This document shows positions 16,729 through 24,969 of a stretch of DNA of 64,000 nucleotides, piece after piece (position 1 is the first letter of the stretch; the number at the start of each line of letters is the position of its first letter). A program made the position numbers and the translations under genes. The notes beneath the pieces were generated by a model. That model ran no database searches, had not been told where the DNA came from, and saw nothing but the letters and a program-made list of their open reading frames with translations. Source of the stretch: Candidatus Omnitrophota bacterium (GTDB lineage Bacteria; Omnitrophota; Gorgyraeia; Zapsychrales; Fredricksoniimonadaceae); assembly GCA_043742785.1 (NCBI GenBank), contig JAYTXU010000048.1:8951-72950 (forward strand), given 5' to 3'.

Positions 16729-16848
16729 AGAGTTTTTCTTTCCTCCTTGATGCTGCTCTTGAAATTCCTTCTGATATTTAGTCAAAATAACCATGCTTTA
16801 AGTATACACAATTCAATGACTTACACCATGACCAAACTCCCATTTATT

Positions 16849-19257
16849 CTAACTTTTTTCTACCTTGAACTGGATCTGCTTGATAGGAAGAACAATAGTA
16901 ACCTCTGTGCCCTCGCCTTTAGAACTTTGCACTTCTAGTCGTCCACGATGTAAATTAATAATTTCATTAGAAATCGTCAAACCAAGTCCCGTCCCCTTAG
17001 ACTTAGTCGTAAAGAATGGACGAAAAATTTTTTCCAAATCTTCTTTATCAATCCCTACTCCGTTATCTTTAACCTTTACCTTGATCATTTGTTCTTGTTC
17101 TTGAACCTCAAGAACAATGTTTTCTCCCGTTGCAAGTGCCGATTGATAAGCATTATTAAGCACATTAACCAACACTTCTCTGATCTGATTACTATCAGCT
17201 TCAATCATAAAATCTTCTTGTACCTTATAAGCTTTCTCAATCACTATATTTGATTCATAAAACTGAGCACTAAGATTATTCACACATTCATCCAATAAAT
17301 CTAAAATCCTGAAAGATTCAAGAATAGGCATTTTAATATGAGAATAGCTTAAGAGATTATCAATAATTCGATCCCCCTCCCAGACTTTCTTTTGGATATT
17401 TTCAATATGATGATCATTGGCCAATTCTTTATGTTTATTCTTCAAGTTATGAGCTGCCATTTGAATAACTCCAAGCGGCGTACGTAATTCATGAGCTACA
17501 ATAGCCGCTAATGTCCCTATGTCTGCCAAACGAGTTGCTTGTACTAATTCATTCTTTAACATATCTTCTGCTTTCTTTCGTTCTGTAATATCAACAGCCA
17601 CACCTAAAACACAAGGCAAATCGCTTCCAATTTCCTGAAATGGAATTTTAATTGTTGTCAGATATCTCTCATGACCTTTTGAATCTGTAATAACTTCTTC
17701 GGGAATAAATTTAGGTTCCCCCGAACGTATAACCTCTAGGTCATCTTTAAGAAAATGTTCCACCTCTTCCTTACTTTTGTTAAAATCAGCATCCGTCTTT
17801 CCAATAATATCTTGAATAGTTGTCCCATAAGCTTCTGCTATTGCTTGATTCACCAAAACAAAACGACCTAAAACATCTTTAGCAAAAATAAAATTAGGAA
17901 CTAAATCAATAATTTGTCTTAATCGCTGCTCACTAATTTGAATCAGCTGTTCTGTATTATTGCGCTCCGTTACATCCCGATAATTAACAACAATCGCTCT
18001 AATTGCCGAATCTAATAATAAATTCTTGCCGGAACCCTCAACCATACGCCACATGCCGTCCTTATGCTTAGTGCGTATTTTAAAATCAACATTTTTCCTT
18101 GGATGGCTTAAAACATTAAGAAATTCCTGTCTCCCGTAAGAAATATCGTCTGGGTGAACAAGCTCAAATATATTGCGCCCTTCATATTCATGCTTTTGAT
18201 ATCCGAGCACTTTCTCAACAGCAGGGCTGCTGTATAAAACAATCCCCTCCATATTCAATAAAACAATCATCTCCAAACTATTTTCCACCAAGGCTTTAAA
18301 ATGCTCATGAGAACGCTCTAATTCTTGTTGAGCAAATTTACGTTCAGCTGTTAAAGCTAAGAAAACCATCCCTGAAATAGAAACAACAATCGTAAAAATC
18401 TGAAGTAAAATGAAAGATGTTTTTAGATCATACTCATTACTAATAAATGGCCCGCCACCATTAACAGTTCCCCATATTGTAAAAATAAAAATTAAGAGAT
18501 TAGCAACAACGTATGTTCTCGGAGAAAAACGATACGCCGCCCAGATAACAAACGGTACAATAAGAAAAGCTACCGGCATATGCGCTCTGCTAATAGACGA
18601 AGAAGGACTAAAAATAATAAAATGAGAAATCCCTAATAACACAAAGAACACTGACGCTTCGAACCGTCTAGGAGAATACTTTAATTTTCGTATTTTAGAG
18701 ATAAAAGGAATAATACAAGGAGTGATAATAAATATCCCCCCCACATTTGCAAACCACCAGCTTAACCAAAGCTGATGATATAAATGAAATGGAGTCAAAT
18801 GATTAAGAACTAACACAGCTACCCCAACAGTTGCACTAATCGCAGAAGCGAAAGCAGCTATAGCTAGAAATATTGGTATATGTTTAATATGATTAAAGAA
18901 TTCATCCCATTTAACAAAACGTTTAATCAAGAGACTAGCCACTACTCCTTCTAAGAACATCCCCCCGGCCACAGCAGCGCTAGCCAGAAGAATCATCGGC
19001 CACGATAAAGGAGAATGAATAAAAAATGTAATCTCTAATAAAAAAGCTCCCAACCAAATTCCTGGAAAAATATATTCACCCAAAAACAAGAATCCAGCTA
19101 ATGCAATCCCTGAGGGAATCCAGATGGGACAAACATTGGTTCCTTTAAAAGCCAGCTGCAAGGTCAACAGGGCGCTTAAATAAAAAACCAAAGGCACCCC
19201 AAGGACTATAACGCCCTTTTGGAAGAACCATTTGAAATCACGCTTTGAATTACGCAT
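16849..19257 (-). CDS. sensor histidine kinase: MASE1-like membrane domain, two PAS domains, HisKA, HATPase
   Basis: 802 aa. The ~300-aa polytopic N-terminus resembles MASE1. H-box VAHELRTPL, and N/G boxes NNAYQS, DNGVGI, GTGLGL. Confidence 0.85.
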   Translation of the reverse strand: MRNSKRDFKWFFQKGVIVLGVPLVFYLSALLTLQLAFKGTNVCPIWIPSGIALAGFLFLGEYIFPGIWLGAFLLEITFFIHSPLSWPMILLASAAVAGGMFLEGVVASLLIKRFVKWDEFFNHIKHIPIFLAIAAFASAISATVGVAVLVLNHLTPFHLYHQLWLSWWFANVGGIFIITPCIIPFISKIRKLKYSPRRFEASVFFVLLGISHFIIFSPSSSISRAHMPVAFLIVPFVIWAAYRFSPRTYVVANLLIFIFTIWGTVNGGGPFISNEYDLKTSFILLQIFTIVVSISGMVFLALTAERKFAQQELERSHEHFKALVENSLEMIVLLNMEGIVLYSSPAVEKVLGYQKHEYEGRNIFELVHPDDISYGRQEFLNVLSHPRKNVDFKIRTKHKDGMWRMVEGSGKNLLLDSAIRAIVVNYRDVTERNNTEQLIQISEQRLRQIIDLVPNFIFAKDVLGRFVLVNQAIAEAYGTTIQDIIGKTDADFNKSKEEVEHFLKDDLEVIRSGEPKFIPEEVITDSKGHERYLTTIKIPFQEIGSDLPCVLGVAVDITERKKAEDMLKNELVQATRLADIGTLAAIVAHELRTPLGVIQMAAHNLKNKHKELANDHHIENIQKKVWEGDRIIDNLLSYSHIKMPILESFRILDLLDECVNNLSAQFYESNIVIEKAYKVQEDFMIEADSNQIREVLVNVLNNAYQSALATGENIVLEVQEQEQMIKVKVKDNGVGIDKEDLEKIFRPFFTTKSKGTGLGLTISNEIINLHRGRLEVQSSKGEGTEVTIVLPIKQIQFKVEKS

Positions 19258-19960
19258 ACTTATCTCGGTATTCCTTAGGAGTTAATCCCTTAATACGTTT
19301 AAAAACACGAACAAATGATTCCAAATTTTCATACCCAAATTTATTAGATAATTCACTAATACTAAAATCAGTTTGAATAAGAAGCTTACTTGCTTCCTTA
19401 ATTTTTATCTTAAGGCGATATTCGTTAAATCCTTGGCCTGTTTTTTCTTTAAATATACGACTGAAATACTTAGGACTTAAACAAATTTGATTAGCCACAT
19501 CCTCAAGAGTTATTTTCTTATCAAAATTACGTTCAATAAATGCTTGAGCGAGTTTAATTTTTGCCTCAACACCATGGGGATTTTTAAAACTTCTAAGAGT
19601 TTTTGAAGAAAGTATCGTTCGAACTGTTTCTAAGAATTGGTTAACATCAAATGGTTTTTCTATGTAATCATCCGCGTGCGCTTTGAGGGCTTCAATGGCT
19701 ATATCTTTAGAACTTTTACCGGTGAGAATAATGATACTAAGAGCAGGTTTGAGTGTTTTGATCTGTCGCAATACATCAAGGCCTGACATATTAGGCATCA
19801 TCACATCCAAAACAACCAAATCAATCGCGTTAGGCTTCTTTAAAATACTCAACGCCTCAAACCCATTGGCCGCTTCGATCACTTGATAATCAAAAAGACA
19901 TTCACGCATCTCTTGGCGAAATTCTGAATCATCATCAACGATCAAAATTTGATAAGCCAT
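19250..19960 (-). CDS. response regulator with AraC-type HTH output
   Basis: Receiver (ILIVDDD...LVVLDVMMP) plus C-terminal AraC HTH (KYFSRIFKEKTG...GYENLESFVRVFKRIKGLTPKEYR). It overlaps the kinase gene by 8 nt. Confidence 0.85.
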   Translation of the reverse strand: MAYQILIVDDDSEFRQEMRECLFDYQVIEAANGFEALSILKKPNAIDLVVLDVMMPNMSGLDVLRQIKTLKPALSIIILTGKSSKDIAIEALKAHADDYIEKPFDVNQFLETVRTILSSKTLRSFKNPHGVEAKIKLAQAFIERNFDKKITLEDVANQICLSPKYFSRIFKEKTGQGFNEYRLKIKIKEASKLLIQTDFSISELSNKFGYENLESFVRVFKRIKGLTPKEYRDKYA

Positions 19961-20025
19961 TTCTTACAAGATCCTTTTGAGCTTTAAAGAAGTATTTTAA
20001 TACTTTTAGTATACACCTAAGCTAA

Positions 20026-20604
20026 TTAAGAATCCAACTTCTCAGAATAGAGGAAACAATCCTTGGTATGATCATTAACCATGCCTACAGCCTGCATAAA
20101 AGCATATATAATCGTAGACCCGACAAAATTGAAACCTCTTTTTTTAAAATCTATGCTAATTTGATCGGATAGTGGGATGTGGGCAGGCAAATCTTTGAAA
20201 TGTTTAAAACTTCTTTTTATGGGTTTACCCTTCACATAGTCCCAAATATAACTGTCAAAAGAACCAAACTCCTTTTGAACTTCTAAAAAAGCCTTAGCAT
20301 TACGAATGGCTGATGCGATCTTCAAACGATTACGAATAATACCTTCATTAGACAAAAGCCCTGCTATCTTCTTTTGATCATAGCGAGATACTTTTCGAAC
20401 ATCAAAATTATCAAAAGCCTTGCGATAATTTTCTCTCTTCTTTAAAACAGTCAGCCAGCTTAAACCTGCCTGAGCTCCTTCCAAAATCAAGAATTCAAAA
20501 AGCAGGCGATCATCATGAACAGGCCTTCCCCACTCTTGATCGTGATATTGAATATAAATAGCGTCTTGTGTGCACCACCCGCAACGGTTTATTTCTTTAT
20601 TCAT
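20026..20604 (-). CDS. tag: DNA-3-methyladenine glycosylase I
   Basis: 192 aa with CGWC...YHDQEWGRPVHDDRLLFEFLILEGAQAGLSW, characteristic of Tag. Confidence 0.9.
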   Translation of the reverse strand: MNKEINRCGWCTQDAIYIQYHDQEWGRPVHDDRLLFEFLILEGAQAGLSWLTVLKKRENYRKAFDNFDVRKVSRYDQKKIAGLLSNEGIIRNRLKIASAIRNAKAFLEVQKEFGSFDSYIWDYVKGKPIKRSFKHFKDLPAHIPLSDQISIDFKKRGFNFVGSTIIYAFMQAVGMVNDHTKDCFLYSEKLDS

Positions 20605-20631
20605 AAATACTCCTTCTTACTCTCTCTACTT

Positions 20632-20672
20632 TAAAGAAAAGGGCAGATAGCTTGATTCAACTATCCGCCCTT
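20632..20672 (-). terminator. Rho-independent terminator after the DUF3332 gene
   Basis: On the minus strand AAGGGCGGATAG-10 nt loop-CTATCTGCCCTT forms a 12-bp stem with one G-U, followed by TTTTCTTT. Confidence 0.7.
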
Positions 20673-20691
20673 TATGATGAATTCTAAACGA

Positions 20692-21195
20692 TTATTTCTT
20701 TAAATACTTTTCTTTCAATAAAGCGATTTGACCAGCAGGATACTCTTTAATGAGTTTACCTTCGCCGTTATAAATAGCCACATCACCGCTGTTATTTTGA
20801 ACAGAAGAATACAAAACCTTTCCACTTTCACTCTTAGCAACAACACTAGTGTTTGAGCGTTCAAAAATAACACCATGATTACCTGCAGAAGCTACATGCA
20901 CCTGCTCAGTCTTAGAATTATAACTAATCGCAACACCGCTCTGTTTTTGAGCTGCGGACATCTCAACAGGATTCTTCCCTGTCCAGAATTCGATCGAATT
21001 AAAAACAATAGCATCTGCAAATGTTGCTAAACCATAAATAGGCGTAATAGCCACCAACAAAAAGCAAAGTTCATCCGCCCACTTATCTGTTTGAGAACGA
21101 TGCCAATTATAAACCTTGTGTGTAAGATTAAAAGGACCTGTACATCCAACAGCTAGAAATGCAAAGACCATTAATGAAGCTACGATTTTCTTCAT
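20692..21195 (-). CDS. DUF3332-type lipoprotein
   Basis: Lipobox LAVGC. NLTHKVYNWHRS...FADAIVFNSIEFWTGKNP resembles the DUF3332 family as I recall it. Confidence 0.65.
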   Translation of the reverse strand: MKKIVASLMVFAFLAVGCTGPFNLTHKVYNWHRSQTDKWADELCFLLVAITPIYGLATFADAIVFNSIEFWTGKNPVEMSAAQKQSGVAISYNSKTEQVHVASAGNHGVIFERSNTSVVAKSESGKVLYSSVQNNSGDVAIYNGEGKLIKEYPAGQIALLKEKYLKK

Positions 21196-21270
21196 ACACT
21201 CTCCTTATTATCCCTCTGACCTGGGATTTCCTACTGGTTTTGGTTAACCTTCTTTTAAATTCTAAAAAGA

Positions 21271-22059
21271 CTAAACTAATATCTCTTGGACATGGTCATT
21301 AAAATGCTGTAAAAAAGTAAACCGATTAAAATTACCAATAAACTTAGCCCCTCCTGTTTCTTTACAAACCCGGGATTCATTATCGATAATTTGCCAATGA
21401 GCGTCGCCATTTACCAAATCCATAGGCGATAAATAAACATAGGTTAAAATTTTTATATTATGAAGACAATGAAAACATCTCAACGCCCCAACAATCTCTT
21501 TTGTCTGGGCCCTATCACTCATTCTTAAATCTAATAAAATAATATGAGGAGACATTAAAAAAGCTTTTTGAAGAGTATCCAAAGAATTATCAGCCATAGA
21601 AACCAAATATTTCTTAGCTATTAGAATATTGCTCATTTGTTCTACTACCAACCGATTATTCCCACTGATTAAAACTTTGATATACTCTTTCTTTTGCAAG
21701 TCTATATTAATATTTTTTATTTTCTCTACTAAGAGATTAATATCATCCGTTTTATCTATGAAATGCTCAACACCCAGTGCAAAAAAGGCATCTTTAAATA
21801 ATTGTTTATCCGTAATAATAATAACAGGAATGCGACGGGTATCTTCTCTCTTCTTTAAAGCATCATAAAGGTCAACTCCATCCATATGGGGCATGACCAC
21901 ATCTGTTATAATCAAATGAACAGGGTGCTGCTCAACAATCTTTAACGCCTCAATACCGTTACCTGCCAATAAAACATGATACCCTCTCTTTTGGAGAGTC
22001 CTTTGGACTAAAAGAGAGCTTCCTCTATCATCTTCCACTAGTAAGATTGTACGAATCAT
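21271..22059 (-). CDS. response regulator with N-terminal receiver and a second degenerate receiver-like domain, no DNA-binding output
   Basis: ILLVEDD...LIITDVVMPHMDG...PVIIITDK, and a second half with IILLDLRMS. Confidence 0.75.
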   Translation of the reverse strand: MIRTILLVEDDRGSSLLVQRTLQKRGYHVLLAGNGIEALKIVEQHPVHLIITDVVMPHMDGVDLYDALKKREDTRRIPVIIITDKQLFKDAFFALGVEHFIDKTDDINLLVEKIKNINIDLQKKEYIKVLISGNNRLVVEQMSNILIAKKYLVSMADNSLDTLQKAFLMSPHIILLDLRMSDRAQTKEIVGALRCFHCLHNIKILTYVYLSPMDLVNGDAHWQIIDNESRVCKETGGAKFIGNFNRFTFLQHFNDHVQEILV

Positions 22060-22086
22060 ATCTTCCTTAAGAGGTGTTAAATTGTT

Positions 22087-23631
22087 CTATGGTTTTGAGG
22101 CGGCGTTTTTTGGAATGACTAAGTATACTATTATAATAACGCCATAGTAAAGAAAAACATAAAATAATGTCCAATTATGAATATAAATATGCCCTCCTGG
22201 AATTTGAGCAAACCAAGAAATTAGAATAAGCATAAAGTTAAAAACGGCTTTCAAAGCACCTGCAAAGGCAGGTGCCGCAATAGGACAACAAAGTCCTAAA
22301 CCCACCACTCCCAAACCTAGAACAATAACTGAATCAGCTAAAATGACTACGGGAATATTAGCAATAATAGCAATGAATGAAACAATTTCAAACTCATACG
22401 CAATCATAGCGCTGATACCTATCCAAGCGATAAGTGAGATGAAGAATGCCTGAGCCAAATATTTTAGAATAGGGAATTTAATATATTCTTTTATCAATAA
22501 TTGAATAATTGGATTAAAGAGAACTATAATAGCTACACAGATAAAAGAGAGTTGGAATCCTACATCAAAAAGATTTAAAGGATTAAGTAAGAATAAAATT
22601 AAAGCTGCTACCCCTAAAGAATTAACAGCATCCGCTTCATGTTCTAAACAGAAACTACTTAAAATAACAATCGCCATTAAAACAGACCGAACAACCGATG
22701 CGCTCCAACCGCTTATCAATGCATAAACTAACAAAAAGACACCTGTCAAAATGAATTGCAAAACCCTAGGAAAACGGAGAACTTTTAGAATAAATAAAAC
22801 AATAGCACTGATGATAGCCATATTCATTCCGCTAATTGCTAAAATATGAGAAGTCCCTGTTTTGCTAAAAAGCGCATACATATCTTTAGTGAGGAACGAA
22901 CGGTCTCCTAACACCATAGCTTGAATCATTCCCGCTTCTTGAACCTCCAAATACTGCGCTAATACAGCTTTAAATTTATGTTTAATTTTAAACGACAAAT
23001 CTACAAACCATTGCCCTTGATGACGAGAAACAATTATAACCTTTTTATATTTACCAACGCTTAAATTTAGAAATATCCCGTGATCCTCCAAATACTGCTG
23101 ATAAGAAAACTTGACTGAAGAACCAGTAAACGCCTTATATAAAGACCCCTCTACTATTAGATGATCCCCGTAATTTAAAAAAACCGTTCCAAAGAAATTA
23201 ACCAGAATTCGCCCTGTTGCTACTTGCCAATGCCCCTTTAAATTTATTCTAGAGACTTTTAACTCAAAAACCTTTTTACTGCCAAAAGTTGTTGTTTTTG
23301 TCTGTACATCAGAATCAATAACCCCTTCAACAGCGCTTAATTTTTTTTGATCCTGATAGGAGAGAAAGCTAACATGATTAGAAGGAAAGAGATAAAAACT
23401 TTGAAAATTAAAAGCCCCCAAAGATAAGACAGCTAAATATAAAAAAAATATAAAATACTTATTTCTTACAAGACTTAAAATAATAAAGACACCACTCAAA
23501 ATACTCCATAGTGGCCAACTCCATGAACCATATCGCCCCAAATAAATACCTAAGCCCATGGCTAAAGCCAAATAAAAACATGGTCGATGGGTAAATTGTT
23601 TAAATTTTAAAATATTGGATAAGACGTTCAT
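22087..23631 (-). CDS. comEC: ComEC/Rec2-family DNA uptake channel (no metallo-beta-lactamase domain)
   Basis: 514 aa with an N-terminal OB-like region plus a polytopic competence domain (GTSHILAISGMNM motif). It is adjacent to comEA. Confidence 0.8.
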   Translation of the reverse strand: MNVLSNILKFKQFTHRPCFYLALAMGLGIYLGRYGSWSWPLWSILSGVFIILSLVRNKYFIFFLYLAVLSLGAFNFQSFYLFPSNHVSFLSYQDQKKLSAVEGVIDSDVQTKTTTFGSKKVFELKVSRINLKGHWQVATGRILVNFFGTVFLNYGDHLIVEGSLYKAFTGSSVKFSYQQYLEDHGIFLNLSVGKYKKVIIVSRHQGQWFVDLSFKIKHKFKAVLAQYLEVQEAGMIQAMVLGDRSFLTKDMYALFSKTGTSHILAISGMNMAIISAIVLFILKVLRFPRVLQFILTGVFLLVYALISGWSASVVRSVLMAIVILSSFCLEHEADAVNSLGVAALILFLLNPLNLFDVGFQLSFICVAIIVLFNPIIQLLIKEYIKFPILKYLAQAFFISLIAWIGISAMIAYEFEIVSFIAIIANIPVVILADSVIVLGLGVVGLGLCCPIAAPAFAGALKAVFNFMLILISWFAQIPGGHIYIHNWTLFYVFLYYGVIIIVYLVIPKNAASKP

Positions 23632-23935
23632 ATCTTTGTGGTGACATTCCTCTCGCCTGCTTTAACGGCTCAAGACTGGTAAAAACACCCTTACTATGTC
23701 GATATTTTAGAATAAACTCCGCTGTCTTAGGACCAATGCCTGGAACCTTCAGCAAATCTTCTACACTAGCTTGATTAATATTAATAGCAGTAACCAAAGA
23801 CTTCTTTTGAGTGCTGTGAAGCCAATCAAAAGCCCTTAAGTTCTTTTGCAAGCCAATATTGACCATACTGCCAACAAAAACAATCACACAAATACCCAAA
23901 ACAACAGCCTTCTCTTGAGGAGTTAAATGAAACAC
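23600..23935 (-). CDS. comEA: ComEA-family helix-hairpin-helix DNA-binding protein
   Basis: N-terminal anchor and HhH motifs ININQASVEDLLKVPGIGPKTAEFILKYR. The start codon is GTG. Confidence 0.8.
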   Translation of the reverse strand: MFHLTPQEKAVVLGICVIVFVGSMVNIGLQKNLRAFDWLHSTQKKSLVTAININQASVEDLLKVPGIGPKTAEFILKYRHSKGVFTSLEPLKQARGMSPQRYERLIQYFKI

Positions 23936-24052
23936 AATCTATCATTTCTTAAATTTGGGGAGTTATTAAATAAAAGCCATGGGGAATGGCCTAAAAAACA
24001 CTCTCATCTTACCAAAAAATCTTAGCAATTCAATCTCAACTCAAAGCTTATC

Positions 24053-24949
24053 CTAACTAACGGCAGGCTCAATATGAACCAATACATCCGCAACGCCTAA
24101 GGACGATGCCATTAAAACATTTTTAACGCAATGGGCAACATCATGAGCATCAATAACTGACATCCCTCCGTCAACCTCCACATGAATATCCACAAACAAT
24201 TGCAATCCACTTTTACGAATACGGCATTTTTCAATAGCAACCACTCTTGGAACTTGACCAGCAATTGCGCGCAGAGATTCTTCAATTTCAGGACGAGGAG
24301 CCTGATCCATAATTTCAGCAACGGCATTCTTAAGCAAATGAACTCCATTAAATATAATGATACCGCTAGCAACTAAAGCAGCCCAATTGTCCGCATTCTC
24401 ATATCCCTTACCACCTATTAAGGCAATCGATATCCCTATAAAAGCTGCAACAGACGTCAACGCATCGGACCTATGATGCCATGCATCTGTCTCAACTGAA
24501 ATACTATTTGTTTCTTTACCAACAGAAAAAATAAATCGAAATAATGTTTCTTTAATAAAAACAACAGCGATTAAAACGAGCAAGGTAAAAGCAGCAGGAG
24601 CAGGATGAGGACGAGACAACCCTTTGATGCTTTCTATAGCAATCTCTACTCCTACTGCTAAAAGAGCCAAAGACACAATCATTGCCGCTAAAGACTCTGC
24701 CTTGCCATGACCATAAGGATGATTATGATCGGCTGGTCTTGAACCAATCTTAATGCCTCCTAAAACAATTACCGATGAAATAATATCCATAATCGATTCG
24801 ATTCCATCCGCAATCAAAGCATACGAATTTCCCACAATGCCAACAACCGTCTTTATAATCGCTAGAAAAACATTACAAATAAGTCCAACGGAAACACTGC
24901 GCAAGCTGAGGGAAAAGCGGTCTGCTGATTTAGGAGTTGTTGATAACAT
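24053..24949 (-). CDS. cation diffusion facilitator (CDF) metal efflux transporter
   Basis: 298 aa with six TM helices, HHRSD and HxxxD metal-site motifs, and a C-terminal cytoplasmic domain. Confidence 0.9.
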   Translation of the reverse strand: MLSTTPKSADRFSLSLRSVSVGLICNVFLAIIKTVVGIVGNSYALIADGIESIMDIISSVIVLGGIKIGSRPADHNHPYGHGKAESLAAMIVSLALLAVGVEIAIESIKGLSRPHPAPAAFTLLVLIAVVFIKETLFRFIFSVGKETNSISVETDAWHHRSDALTSVAAFIGISIALIGGKGYENADNWAALVASGIIIFNGVHLLKNAVAEIMDQAPRPEIEESLRAIAGQVPRVVAIEKCRIRKSGLQLFVDIHVEVDGGMSVIDAHDVAHCVKNVLMASSLGVADVLVHIEPAVS

Positions 24950-24969
24950 AATATTATTTTAGAACTATT

